A stretch of 64,000 nt of DNA from the NCBI GenBank assembly GCA_965221775.1, contig CBDCSU010000005.1, positions 1,280,001 through 1,344,000 of the forward strand, in the 5' to 3' direction. The position numbers were made by a program, and so were the translations under genes. Below are positions 26,205 to 36,269 of the stretch, one piece after another. This DNA is from Candidatus Latescibacterota bacterium. Its GTDB lineage: Bacteria; Latescibacterota; UBA2968; UBA8231. The notes beneath the pieces were generated by a model. It was not told the origin of the DNA, made no database searches, and saw nothing but the letters and a program-made list of their open reading frames with translations. Numbering within the stretch: the stretch's first letter is position 1; each line of letters opens with the position of its first letter.

Positions 26205-28259
26205 ATGGGCCATAGCGATCCAAGACATGGTGAGACCCTGGGCTTAGACTTGGACGACGGGACAGGCCTGCGGGTGGCCCGCGCCCGTTTCCAGTCCGAT
26301 ACAGGGTTCTCCTGGGCTTTCTTCGACGGTTACGACCGTATCCGCATCCTCACCTACTCTGCGGGGGTGAGCGCTATCGTCCGCCTCCTGGACGAGCACG
26401 GATTCAGCGACTTCGAGTGCGTGTTCGGCTGCGAGAACACCCTGCGCACCCTGACGGACGTCATGGCCTTCCAGCAAGTCGCCATCGGCGACGCCAGGGC
26501 GGCCATCAAGAACCTGCCCGGCGAGCGCCACGCCTTCATCCTGAGGCGGGTCCGGAAGGGGCAGGCCCGCTTCCGGGTGCTGCGCAAGCAGATAGCCCAC
26601 GCCAAGCTGTACCTGCTGGAGAATACGGAGTCCGGCCGCACCCGCGTCCTCATCGGCTCGGCCAACCTGTCGGAGACCGCCTTCGGCGGCCGCCAGCACG
26701 AGACCCTGGTCTGCTTCGACGATGACGATGCTGCCTGGGGCCACTACATGGGCATGTACCAGTCCATCAGGGATCGTGCCTCAGACGAGATGCCCCTGCC
26801 GCCGGAGCGGGTCGACCATGCGGAGATAAGCCTCGTCGAGGTCCCCGTCCTGGCCCCCGACGACCACTCGACCCTGGTGATCGACTCGGCGGAGGATGAG
26901 GCGGAGGGCAACGTCGTCCACGTAAACGTGCCCCACCAGATAGAGCGGATAGAGAGGATGAAGGAGGCCATGCCCCCGGTGGTGGCCAGCCTCATCCCTG
27001 CGCCCCGCAACGGACGGCAGCAGGTGCCCCGCGACATCCGACGCCGGATCGTCAAGGAGTACAGCCGCATTCGCGTGGTCCAGACCGAGGAGGAAGCCGA
27101 CCACCGGGAGTTGTCCATCGACCGGGACGCGAAGACAGTCACATTCCTCCGCGAGCCCTTCTCGCTGGACGCTGATCTCGCCGCCGCCAGGAAGGACGCG
27201 GCGCTGCTGGTGGAGTTCTTCGGCAACTACGAGGGCACCTTCGAGGGCGGCATGGGGGTAGAGAGGCTCCAGCGGGACTACTTCATCCTCTGGTCCTGGC
27301 TCTACTTCTCGCCCTTCATGTGCGACATGCGGACCCTGGCCGGACACGAGGGGGACATCTTCCGGTACCCGTCCTTCGCCATCGTCTACGGCAAACCCTC
27401 CTGCGGCAAGTCCAGCCTCATCGACACGCTGATGACCTCCATGTTCGGCAGGGCCCACAACGTGGACAAGCGGGAGTTCACCAAGGGCAGGCTCCGGGAC
27501 ATCCAGCACGCTTACCGGCGGTTCCCTGCCGTCTTCGACGACATCGGCAGGCCCGCCATACGCAACCACGGGGAGGAGGTGATCAAGGACGAGGTGCCCC
27601 CACCGGTCTCCGAGTACCCCTGCTTCGTCCTGTCCATGAACCAGGATCTCCAAGCCTTCACCGACCAGATCGTCAAGCGGAGCCTGATGATCTACACGAC
27701 CACGGCACTCCCCTCCTACAAGGAGAGCCTGCGGCACGAACTGCACCTGAAGATACAGGAGGTTCGTCGAGGCCTGTCCACCAACCTGTACCGGGAGTAT
27801 CTCGCGAGGGCGCTGGACCGGCTCGACGACACCCCCGTGCCCGACGACTGGCTGGAGTTCTCCTCCACCCTCCTCTCCGGGCTTGTCGCCGACCTGCTGG
27901 AGGAGAGCCCGCCCAAGTGGTGCTCCCCCATCAGGTGGAACGACTACGCCGAGAAGCGCCATGAGCGGGTCAAGGCCCAGGTAGACCACCTGCTGCGGCG
28001 TGCCACGAGGATGAAGAAGGAGGGGCACCAGCCCACTGGCTGGATACTGGAGGGCGACAAGGTCATCGTCATCGAGCAGACTGACACCTTCGGGCGTCGG
28101 GAGTTCGAGTGGGAGAACGTGCCCTCCACCCTTATTGACGACAACGCCAGCGTCGGAGGCCGGACAGTCCTGAACCGCCCCGAGCTGGAGGAGTTCCTGG
28201 GCCGGAATCTCGCTGGCCGCGGCACCGGCCTGCTGGGCAGGATGCTTGGCCGAGGTTGA
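26205..28259 (+). CDS. PLD (HKD) nuclease domain fused to a P-loop NTPase (NgoFVII-like annotation class)
   Basis: HAKLYLLE..IGSANLS; Walker A GKPSCGKS; Walker B AVFDD. Confidence 0.8.
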   Translation: MGHSDPRHGETLGLDLDDGTGLRVARARFQSDTGFSWAFFDGYDRIRILTYSAGVSAIVRLLDEHGFSDFECVFGCENTLRTLTDVMAFQQVAIGDARAAIKNLPGERHAFILRRVRKGQARFRVLRKQIAHAKLYLLENTESGRTRVLIGSANLSETAFGGRQHETLVCFDDDDAAWGHYMGMYQSIRDRASDEMPLPPERVDHAEISLVEVPVLAPDDHSTLVIDSAEDEAEGNVVHVNVPHQIERIERMKEAMPPVVASLIPAPRNGRQQVPRDIRRRIVKEYSRIRVVQTEEEADHRELSIDRDAKTVTFLREPFSLDADLAAARKDAALLVEFFGNYEGTFEGGMGVERLQRDYFILWSWLYFSPFMCDMRTLAGHEGDIFRYPSFAIVYGKPSCGKSSLIDTLMTSMFGRAHNVDKREFTKGRLRDIQHAYRRFPAVFDDIGRPAIRNHGEEVIKDEVPPPVSEYPCFVLSMNQDLQAFTDQIVKRSLMIYTTTALPSYKESLRHELHLKIQEVRRGLSTNLYREYLARALDRLDDTPVPDDWLEFSSTLLSGLVADLLEESPPKWCSPIRWNDYAEKRHERVKAQVDHLLRRATRMKKEGHQPTGWILEGDKVIVIEQTDTFGRREFEWENVPSTLIDDNASVGGRTVLNRPELEEFLGRNLAGRGTGLLGRMLGRG

Positions 28260-28433
28260 ATCTCTGCCGAGGGGCCTGGTGGGATATGATGCACTGCAGG
28301 CACGATGCGCTATGACGAGAGGGGAAGAGAGAGCGACCGCCCCCAGGCTCGCTCAACTCGTCAGGCATGTCCTGAGCCGCATCCACCAGCGACCGGACGC
28401 GGAAGGCATTCACGCCGCTGAGGCATTGGACCC

Positions 28434-29366
28434 ATGATGAACGAGCCGCTGTTCATGGGCATCGATGGCGGCGGCACCAAACTCCGCATCGCTGTCACCG
28501 ACGCGGACCTCCAGTCCCTCGCTTCGATTGAGAGCTCCTCCGCCAATCCGAGTGTCATCGGACACGACAAGGCGCGACCCCACATACGACACGAGGTCGC
28601 CCACGCCTTGCGGCAAGCGCGCCTCCAGCCTCAGGACATCGCCGCCGCGGCGATCGGCATCGCCGGCGCTTCCAACCTCCACAGCGAATACTGGCTGCTC
28701 GAGACCCTGGAGCCGACCCTGCCCGGCGCATTGATCGTGCCCAGCTCCGATCTCGAGATCGCCCTGGTCGGCTCTCTTGGGCAGCGCCAGGGCATCCTGC
28801 TCCTGGCCGGGACCGGCAGCGCCGTCTATGGCGCCGCGCCCGGCGGTCAGCGCCTGCAGATCGGCGGCTGGGGCTACCTGCTGGGCGATGAAGGCAGCGG
28901 CTACTGGATTGGTTCGCAGCTCTTGCGCCACATCATCGCCCGGCACGACCGGGGCGCATCAAGCGAGGAGGACGCGCTCACCCGCGCTTGCATGGATGTG
29001 CTTGGCTTGACGGATCCGCGCGAGCTGATCGCGTGGCTGTACAGGTCGAAGGAGGCGCCGGCCACACGTGTAGCAGGCCTCGCCGAGCTCGTTCTCAACG
29101 AGGCGGCGGATTGCAGGTGGGCAACAACGTGCGTTGAATCGGCGGCCGAGCAGCTCACCCGGCAGGTCGATCTGATGCGCTCCCGCCTCGACTACGAGAA
29201 CGCGCCCATCGCTTTCGCCGGCGGCTTGCTCGACAACGACAACGCGCTCTCGCGGCGGGTGACGCAGCGCCTGGGCCTGCCGCGGCGCCCCGTGGCCAGG
29301 CACTCGCCGGTCATGGGCGCCGCCCTGCTGGCGACGACGGCCTGGCGTGCAAGAGGAGCGACCTGA
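28434..29366 (+). CDS. BadF/BadG/BcrA/BcrD ATPase, N-acetylglucosamine kinase-like
   Basis: GIDGGGTK, AGTGS, GGWGYLLGDEGSGYWIG. Confidence 0.9.
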   Translation: MMNEPLFMGIDGGGTKLRIAVTDADLQSLASIESSSANPSVIGHDKARPHIRHEVAHALRQARLQPQDIAAAAIGIAGASNLHSEYWLLETLEPTLPGALIVPSSDLEIALVGSLGQRQGILLLAGTGSAVYGAAPGGQRLQIGGWGYLLGDEGSGYWIGSQLLRHIIARHDRGASSEEDALTRACMDVLGLTDPRELIAWLYRSKEAPATRVAGLAELVLNEAADCRWATTCVESAAEQLTRQVDLMRSRLDYENAPIAFAGGLLDNDNALSRRVTQRLGLPRRPVARHSPVMGAALLATTAWRARGAT

Positions 29367-29369
29367 CGC

Positions 29370-30815
29370 TCATCCCTTGGGAAAGTGGGGCAGTTCGAGA
29401 CCGGAGATGTGCTGCAGGATGCGGATCACCTGGGCGCTGTACCCGTACTCGTTGTCGTACCACACGTACAGCACGCAGCGTCTGCCCTGGGTAATGGTCG
29501 CTCCCGAGTCGACGATGCCCGCTCTCTCACTGCCGACGAAGTCGCTCGATACCACCTCGGGCGAGCTGGTATAGTCGATCTGGCCTCCCAAGGGCACATC
29601 GAGAGAGATATCCCGCAGGTAGGTATTGATCTCCTCTGTGCCGACTTCCCGTTCCAGGTTCAGGTTCAAGATGGCGAGGGAGACATTGGGGGTGGGCACG
29701 CGGATGGCATTGGCCGTGACCCTGCCTTCCAGTTCCGGCAGGACCTTGGCCACGGCGCTGGCCGCCCCCGTGTCCGTTATGACCATGTTCAGCGGGGCCC
29801 CCCGCCCCCGCCGTTCGTGCCTGTGAAAGTTGTCGATGAGATTCTGGTCGTTGGTGTAGGAGTGGCAGGTCTCGATGTGGACGCTGGCGATGCCGTAGCG
29901 ATCATGCACGACCTTGAGCACCGGCGTGATGGCATTGGTGGTACAGCTGCCGGCAGAGAGGATCCGCTCTTCCTCCACAATGCAGTCGTTGTTGATGCCG
30001 TAGACGATATTGGGAACATCGCCCTTGCCGGGCGCGGTGAGGACGACCTTGGCGACCCCTGGGGCCTGGAGGTGGCGCCCGAGGCCCTCGCGGTCCCGCC
30101 AGACACCGGTGTTGTCGAGGACAATGGCGTTCTCGATGCCGTAGCTGCTGTAATCCACGTCCTCCGGGCTATCCGAATAGAGGAGGCGGATCATGTTGCC
30201 ATTGGCGACGATGGCGTTCTCCTCCGGGTCCATGACGATGGTCCCCCTGAAGGGGCCGTGAATGGAGTCTCGCCGCAGCAGACTGGCCCGCTTCACCAGG
30301 TCGTCCTCCGAGCCCGTGCGCACCACCACGGCCCGCAGCCGCCACTTGTCGCCCCCGCCGCTGCGAGCGATCAGGATCCGCGCCAGTATGCGTCCGACCC
30401 GGCCGAAGCCGTAGAGCACCACGTCCTGCGGCTTGCCGGGCAGCGTCTTCCCGCCATTGACTTCAGCCAGTTCCCGGCGCACGAAAGCGTCCACATCCCC
30501 CTTCGCTTCGCTTTCCTGGAACCTGGTGGTCAACTTGCCGATATCTATCCGCGTCGGGGCCAGGTTCAGCCGGGACAGGGCCTGGAGGACCGCAGAGCTC
30601 GAAGACATGCAGAGTTCGTCCTTGATCACCTGGCGGGCAAAGCGATGAGCCTTGAGGATGTCGATGGCGGAGTTGTGCACCAGGGAGCGGCCGTAGATCG
30701 TGGTGACCACGCCGTAGTCCCGATAGAGTCTGCCGATGAGCGGGACCATGGACTCGGCGACCTCTTCCCGCCTGGACCAGTCGGCAAAGTAGCTTTCCAT
30801 CTTCGCGTCGATCAT
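29370..30815 (-). CDS. gap: Glyceraldehyde-3-phosphate dehydrogenase, long N-terminal type
   Basis: YGFGRVGR, AGSCTTN catalytic Cys, RVPTPNVS, WYDNEYGYS; start ATG 30815. Confidence 0.92.
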   Translation of the reverse strand: MIDAKMESYFADWSRREEVAESMVPLIGRLYRDYGVVTTIYGRSLVHNSAIDILKAHRFARQVIKDELCMSSSSAVLQALSRLNLAPTRIDIGKLTTRFQESEAKGDVDAFVRRELAEVNGGKTLPGKPQDVVLYGFGRVGRILARILIARSGGGDKWRLRAVVVRTGSEDDLVKRASLLRRDSIHGPFRGTIVMDPEENAIVANGNMIRLLYSDSPEDVDYSSYGIENAIVLDNTGVWRDREGLGRHLQAPGVAKVVLTAPGKGDVPNIVYGINNDCIVEEERILSAGSCTTNAITPVLKVVHDRYGIASVHIETCHSYTNDQNLIDNFHRHERRGRGAPLNMVITDTGAASAVAKVLPELEGRVTANAIRVPTPNVSLAILNLNLEREVGTEEINTYLRDISLDVPLGGQIDYTSSPEVVSSDFVGSERAGIVDSGATITQGRRCVLYVWYDNEYGYSAQVIRILQHISGLELPHFPKG

Positions 30816-30939
30816 CTCTCCTGCTCCCCTCTCTACGGAACGGCCGGCGGGATGGCATCCGACGTTAGCGCGGCGCATCCGCAGCGGCAAGGTTCGCGCG
30901 ACGGGCGCGCCCCCGGGCAGGATCGGAGCCCGAGAGGCC

Positions 30940-31758
30940 ATGACTGAGACCCCACACCAGCAGCTCAACGTCTACGCGCCCACCACCCTTGACATCTACG
31001 TGAACGAGCCGCGGATCGCCCCCGAGCGCGCGGCTCCGGCCAACCTCCTGCGCCTGTGGTTTCCAGAGTCGCTCCAGGCGTACGACGCCGGGGACAACCT
31101 GCTGTGGGAGCACACCTTCGAATCCCAGCCCTCGTGGCGCTACGTGAACGAGTCCATGGGAGACATGAAGGGCGGCAGAGAGATCCACAAGAGCCTGCGG
31201 AGCGTGGAGACGGTCGATGGACTGGCCCTGATCGATTGCAGCGTGCGATGGCGGGGCGTCGACATCGATCTCGACCTCACGATCACCAACGTCGGGCCCA
31301 TGGCATGGGAGCGCGTGGTCACCAGCACCTGCCTGCAGCGCCCGGCGGCCCCGGACTACCTGGACGCGGATGACACCCGCACCTGGCTCTGCACCGACGA
31401 GGGCTTCGTCTCCGCGGCCGACCTGGCCTTTCCGCCGCGGCGCGACTCCCTCTACGGCTGGGTCGGCGAGGAGCTGCCGATGAAGAGCGGCGCCCGGAGG
31501 CGGCTGGTTGAGCCGCCGGTCTTCGCCGTCTCCCTCGACGGGCGCTTCGTGCTCGGCTACGCGTGGCGGCAGGCGCGGCGGCTCTTCCTGGGCGCCGGGC
31601 GCGCCCGCTGCCTGCACTCGGACCCCGAGTTCGGGACGGTCGAGCCGCGGCGCCAGGTCCGGCGGCAGGGGATCCTCTTCGTGCAGGAGGGCACGCTGCA
31701 GGACGCCTACCGCCGCTACCGCTCCTGGAGTGACGAGCTGGGGGCGGGCGACGGGTGA
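30940..31758 (+). CDS. Hypothetical protein (beta-rich)
   Basis: Clean ORF with GC3 bias and RBS GAGG; no motif recognised. Confidence 0.6.
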   Translation: MTETPHQQLNVYAPTTLDIYVNEPRIAPERAAPANLLRLWFPESLQAYDAGDNLLWEHTFESQPSWRYVNESMGDMKGGREIHKSLRSVETVDGLALIDCSVRWRGVDIDLDLTITNVGPMAWERVVTSTCLQRPAAPDYLDADDTRTWLCTDEGFVSAADLAFPPRRDSLYGWVGEELPMKSGARRRLVEPPVFAVSLDGRFVLGYAWRQARRLFLGAGRARCLHSDPEFGTVEPRRQVRRQGILFVQEGTLQDAYRRYRSWSDELGAGDG

Positions 31759-31853
31759 GGTGCCGGTCCGCAGGCGCCGATGGCCAGGGCCAGGACGGTC
31801 AGCCGGTTGCGGCGCGAGGTCCACGCTTCGACGGCCCGGACCCGGACCCCCTC

Positions 31854-33224
31854 TCATCCCATGCCGGGTTCGTCAGGCGGCCGGGCCCAGGGCCGGTCCC
31901 CGCCGTCGTCCAGCTCGGCCAGACGCCGGCGCTGCCCCGCCAGGTCGACGCCCAGGGCGAGGAAGAGGACGATGGCGGTCAAGGTGGCCGGGACGAGGAA
32001 CAGGTGCGGGTAGGAGAGGGCGGCCTCCAGGGGCCCCAGCATCGCCGAGCCCGCCGACATCCCCATGTTGGCGATCGCCATGTACAGGGAGAACTGGGTG
32101 GCGCCCACCCGCTGCCAGCAGATGGCCATCATCAGCGACAGGAAGGAGATGGTGACGAGCACGTCCATCAGCAGGTAGGCGGCGATGTAGGTCTGGGCCG
32201 TCAGCCGGTGAGCCCACAGCTCGGGCATCAGGGCCATGGCCACCGAGGCCAGGCCGAGCAGGGCTGCGCCGGCGGCGATCGTGCGCTGCCGGCCGAGGAG
32301 CTCGATCAGCATCCACCCCGTGAGCGCGCCGATGATGGCGGAGACGGCCCCGGAGGTGGCGTTGAGCTCGGAGTAGTCGGTGTGGTCCCACCCCAGCTCC
32401 TGCACGGTGAGCACCGGCAGCAGGGCGTCGAGGAATCCGGTCCCCAGGTTGAAGAGGAACATGCATGCCGCCGCCCGCAGGCTGACGGGCCACACGAAGA
32501 CCTTCAGCAGGCTTCGTCCGATGTCCCGCCAGCCTTCCAGCTGCAGTTGGCGGGCTACCGCCGACGCCTGCCCCCGGGTCCACGGCAGCAGGCGCTCGCC
32601 CGGGCGCTCCCGCAGCAGCAGGGGCACCAGCATCACCACGCCCACGGCCGCGGTATGGGCCACCATGGCGCCGGCCAGGCCGTAGCCGTCCAGCAGCCAG
32701 GCGCCGCCGGCGATCGCCCCGGACTTGCCCAGGGCCTTGCCGCCCCACATGAAGCTGTTGGCCCGCGGCTGCTCCTCCACCGGAACGATCTCGATGGCCA
32801 TGCCGTCGGTGGCCACGTCCTGGAAGGCGGTGAAGAAGTTGATGGCGAAGCCGCAGGCCGTGAGCCAGGCGAGGTGCTGGAGCGGATCGGGCAGCAGGAC
32901 CAGGACCAGCGAGGTGCCGATCATCCCCGCCTGGGCCGCCAGCACCCAGGGCCGGCGGCGGCCCATGGCCAGGAAGCTCCAGCGGTCCATGATCGGGCCG
33001 TTGATCAGCTTCAGGCTCCAGGGCAGCAGGATGATGCCCATGTACGAGCCGATCTGGGCCGGCGTGAGTCCCTGCTGGGCCATGTAGGCCGGCACGGCGA
33101 CGGAGAGCAGGCCGTAGGGGAATCCCTGGGCGGCGTAGAGGAGGGTGAAGGCCGCGTAGCGGAGCAGGCTGTGCTCGGAGAGCACCGCACCCGGGGCGGC
33201 TCGTCCCAGAGTCTGACTGGTCAT
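31854..33224 (-). CDS. MFS permease, AmpG-like
   Basis: YAAQGFPYG, LPWSLK, GRRRPW, QDVATDG, ATQFSLYMA; about 12 TM segments. Confidence 0.88.
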   Translation of the reverse strand: MTSQTLGRAAPGAVLSEHSLLRYAAFTLLYAAQGFPYGLLSVAVPAYMAQQGLTPAQIGSYMGIILLPWSLKLINGPIMDRWSFLAMGRRRPWVLAAQAGMIGTSLVLVLLPDPLQHLAWLTACGFAINFFTAFQDVATDGMAIEIVPVEEQPRANSFMWGGKALGKSGAIAGGAWLLDGYGLAGAMVAHTAAVGVVMLVPLLLRERPGERLLPWTRGQASAVARQLQLEGWRDIGRSLLKVFVWPVSLRAAACMFLFNLGTGFLDALLPVLTVQELGWDHTDYSELNATSGAVSAIIGALTGWMLIELLGRQRTIAAGAALLGLASVAMALMPELWAHRLTAQTYIAAYLLMDVLVTISFLSLMMAICWQRVGATQFSLYMAIANMGMSAGSAMLGPLEAALSYPHLFLVPATLTAIVLFLALGVDLAGQRRRLAELDDGGDRPWARPPDEPGMG

Positions 33225-33227
33225 CTA

Positions 33228-34383
33228 GTGCTCTGTTAAAGAGTGGGCATTGAGTTTTGGACCTTCACCAGCTCCGCATCCGCCTTGTTCCGACATCGCC
33301 AGGCGAGGTACTCCTGCATGCGTTGGCCCACGTCCCGATGGTCCTCCGGGTCGCTGTTCTTGATGACGAAGTAGTGGGCGGCCGTCAGATGGCATTCGAG
33401 CCGATTCATCCAGGAGGCGTTGGTGGCGGTGAAGACGAGGTCGACCTGATGGCGCTGACACCACTGCCGGATCGGTTCGGTCGTGTGCGTCGACAGATTG
33501 TCGAGGACGAGGTAGATCCGTCGGGCCTTGGCGTAACGGCGCCGGATAGCCTTGAGGAAGGTGAGCACCTCCGAGGCGTGCTTCTTGCGCTTGTGATGCA
33601 TCCACAACTCGTCCTCGTGGACGTTGTAGGCGCCGAAGAAGTAGCTGACCCCGGCGTGCCGATGGTAGGTGGCCCGATGGCGCACCGGGCGCTTCTGCGG
33701 CGCCCACGAGGAGCCGGCATGGGGCTTGATCTGCACCGGCCCCATCTCGTCGAAGCAGACTACGACCGAGTCCTTCGGCGCCCGCCGGTAGAGTCGGTCG
33801 ATTCGTTTTTTTTAGCGGCGAAGTCCGGATCCTTCGACTCCTTCCAGGTACGAGTCCGCTGGTAGGTGACCTTATGCCGGTCCAGGACCTTGGCGATGGT
33901 CACGTGCGAGACCTTGGGGATCATCTGCCGCCCCACCAGATGGTCCGTCAGCTTGCGCAGCGACCACTGGTTGAAGGGTTGGCCGAAGGCCCGAGGGGGC
34001 ATGGTGGCGATCTCCACCACCACGGACTCGTCTTCCGGGGTCAACGCCGGGGGGCGCCCCGGATGGGCTCGCGTGCGAAGCGACGCCAACCCTTCCTCGT
34101 TGTATTGGCGCAGCAGTTGGCGCACGTACTCCTCGTGCAGGTGCAGCGTCGTCGACAGCTCCTGCACGCGCATCCCCTGAGCGCTGAGGGAGATCAACTG
34201 TCCTCGCCGCATCTGCACCGCATTGCGAGGCCGCTTCAGCCACCGGCTCAGTTCCTTGGATTCCGCGGCGTTCGGGGCTCGAGCATGGAGACACATGGCG
34301 GACCCTCCCAGGCAAAATGGCCATAGGTCCCTATGATACAACGACTTACGGAAAAGTACAAGTCTGAATCCTTAACGGAGCAC
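33228..34383 (-). mobile_element. IS630-family insertion sequence
   Basis: Terminal IRs GTGCTCTGTTAA / TTAACGGAGCAC; TA duplication at 33226-33227 and 34384-34385 within CTAG; split transposase. Confidence 0.92.
33236..34296 (-). CDS. IS630 transposase (HTH ORF plus DDE ORF joined by a -1 frameshift)
   Basis: A8 run at 33806-33813; shifting gives KKRIDRLY..VCFDEMGP; LVLDNLSTH, ASWMNRLE. Confidence 0.88.
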
Positions 34384-35222
34384 TAGACCGCCGTGTTCGT
34401 CTCGTCGCGGTACTGGTTGATCCCGGGGACCTCGCTCATGCCGTGCCAGACGCCGCGGAACAGGGTCTGGCGCTTCGGCGGCATGGCGGCGATCACCTCG
34501 GGCGCCGGCCGCCCCTTGCCCCACTTGGCGTTCACCGTGTTGTAGCAGGTGAACAGGCTCAACCGGGGGTCGGCGCCCGTCCACTTGGTCCCCGAGTGGC
34601 ACAGGGCCTCGGTGAATACCAGGGCCGATCCCGCGGGACAGCCGTAGGTCTCCCACACGGGGCTGTCCCGGCCGCTGAGCCCCTCGGGACGCGGGAAGGC
34701 GGTCTTGTGGCTGCCCGACAGCAGCAGGGTGCCGCCCTCGCCGTGGACGACCTCGTTCAGCTCCCACACGACCCGCGTCAGCCCGGCGTGCACCTTGCCG
34801 GGCAGCATCTGGTAGATGTGGGAGTTGCCCTCGAAGTTGAAGTAGCCGCCGCCCCCGTGGGGGCTGAAGTTGTCGTGGCCCTTCTCGCGAAAGCTGGTGT
34901 AGGTGTGGTCGTAGCGGAAGCCGTAGCAGTCGGGCGTGGCCAGGGCCTGGTGGGAGAGGATCTCGTTGAGCACGCCCACCACGGCCGGGTGGTCCACCAG
35001 CACCTGCGACGGCCCCCCGTGGTTGTCCCGCTCCTCCGGGGGCAGCGACTCACGGTCCTTCAGGAACCGCATCTGGTGCTCCTGGATCGGGCCGAGCTGC
35101 TCCTCCGTCAGCAGCGAGGGCAGCAGCAGCCACCCCTTCAGGTCGAAGAAGTAGCGCTGCTCGTCGGTCATGGGCACCACGGGCAGGCCGTCGGCGTTGG
35201 TGTCAGGCAGGAATCCCTTCAT
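34383..35222 (-). CDS. Phytanoyl-CoA dioxygenase (PhyH) family, HGG variant
   Basis: YFFDLKGW, PHGG, SGSHK, TEALCHSG, R in the final strand. Confidence 0.8.
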   Translation of the reverse strand: MKGFLPDTNADGLPVVPMTDEQRYFFDLKGWLLLPSLLTEEQLGPIQEHQMRFLKDRESLPPEERDNHGGPSQVLVDHPAVVGVLNEILSHQALATPDCYGFRYDHTYTSFREKGHDNFSPHGGGGYFNFEGNSHIYQMLPGKVHAGLTRVVWELNEVVHGEGGTLLLSGSHKTAFPRPEGLSGRDSPVWETYGCPAGSALVFTEALCHSGTKWTGADPRLSLFTCYNTVNAKWGKGRPAPEVIAAMPPKRQTLFRGVWHGMSEVPGINQYRDETNTAV

Positions 35223-35511
35223 CAGGCTTCTCCATGGATGGTTCTCACGTCTCGCTGGAGATCCTCGAGGTCGTATTGGACCGGATCATCTCCCACAAGG
35301 ACACCCCGGCCTCGCGAGCCGCTCGTGCAAGGGTGAGCTTCCCATCCCCATACAGCCGGACGTAATGCTCCAGCTTCCATTGCTGGATCGCTTTCGACAA
35401 CAGCCGGCGCACCGTGGTTGAGCGATCGGCCTGCTCGACATTCTCGATAAGCTCCAATTCTCGGACCAAATCCAAAGGGAGCCTGGTCCCCACCATCCGA
35501 TCCTTCTTCAT
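35222..35511 (-). pseudogene. UPF0175-family antitoxin-like gene with an internal frameshifting deletion
   Basis: GKLTLARAAREAGVSLWEM, then the expected tail PVQYDLEDLQRDV continues in another frame. Confidence 0.65.
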
Positions 35512-35662
35512 CTGTCGGTCTCCCGGGCAAGTCTCAAGATTTCCGCAACGACGGCGGGGGAGAGCCACAGGATCTGACCGAGACCTCGCCCGCTCGCCAG
35601 CGCGATCGCCTCGGCTTCGCCCTGTGTCCAGCCGGGAGCGTCCCGCCAGACGGTTGCCCCTC

Positions 35663-35821
35663 AGGGGAAGTCTTCGCGCCCGGCCTGGGTGGGCGGAAGG
35701 GGGGCGAAGCCAAACCAGACGTTGGCCAACTGCTCGTCGCGGCGCCGGCGACAACTCCGGGTCGGCCTCGTCGGCGGAGCCGGGGGTGGTGGGCGAGGTG
35801 GGGGAGAACCGCAGGCCCTCG
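35663..35821. repeat. Degenerate copy of 36482-36654 (amidohydrolase internal segment)
   Basis: Shared AACCAGACGTTGG, CTCCGGGTCGGCCTCGTCGGCG and AGCCGGGGGTGG blocks in the same order, with indels. Confidence 0.8.
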
Positions 35822-35844
35822 GGTGAGTTGGACGTCCTGCGGCC

Positions 35845-36102
35845 TTACTCCGCCGCCTCCCGCGCCCGCCCGAACAGCGCCTCCCGCAGGCCGTCGAGGA
35901 CGCCTTCGAGGCGGGCCATGCGCTGCTCCAGGGAGTCGAGACGGCTCTCCATGCCGTCAAGGCGGGTCTCCAGGCGATCCAGCCGGGCATCCAGGCGGTG
36001 GATCTCCTTCCGGATCTCCTCCCGCAGGCTGCGCATGCTGGCCATGTGCAGCGCCGCCAGGGCGACGCCGACGCTCAGGATGCCGATCAACTCAGCGCTC
36101 AT
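35845..36102 (-). CDS. Small N-terminal TM plus coiled-coil protein
   Basis: MSAELIGILSVGVALAAL then heptads RLDARLDRLETRLDGMESRLD..RMARLEG. Confidence 0.8.
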   Translation of the reverse strand: MSAELIGILSVGVALAALHMASMRSLREEIRKEIHRLDARLDRLETRLDGMESRLDSLEQRMARLEGVLDGLREALFGRAREAAE

Positions 36103-36269
36103 TGTCACTCGTCCTTGCCGTAGACGCCGGCGTCGGGATCCTGGTGGCCCGGTGCTGAGACTCGGTGGTCCTCTGCTTGCATGGCAGGAATATACCGAGC
36201 CGAGGGGAACCGAGACAGCGGAGGAATCCCGAGAGTTCCTGGCCACTCATCCGGCATGCGACTCTCCCT

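Noticed and set aside
33806-33813. IS630 transposase as a pseudogene
   Set aside because: The split at an A8 run is the usual programmed-frameshift layout of IS630 elements, and the IRs and DDE motifs are intact.
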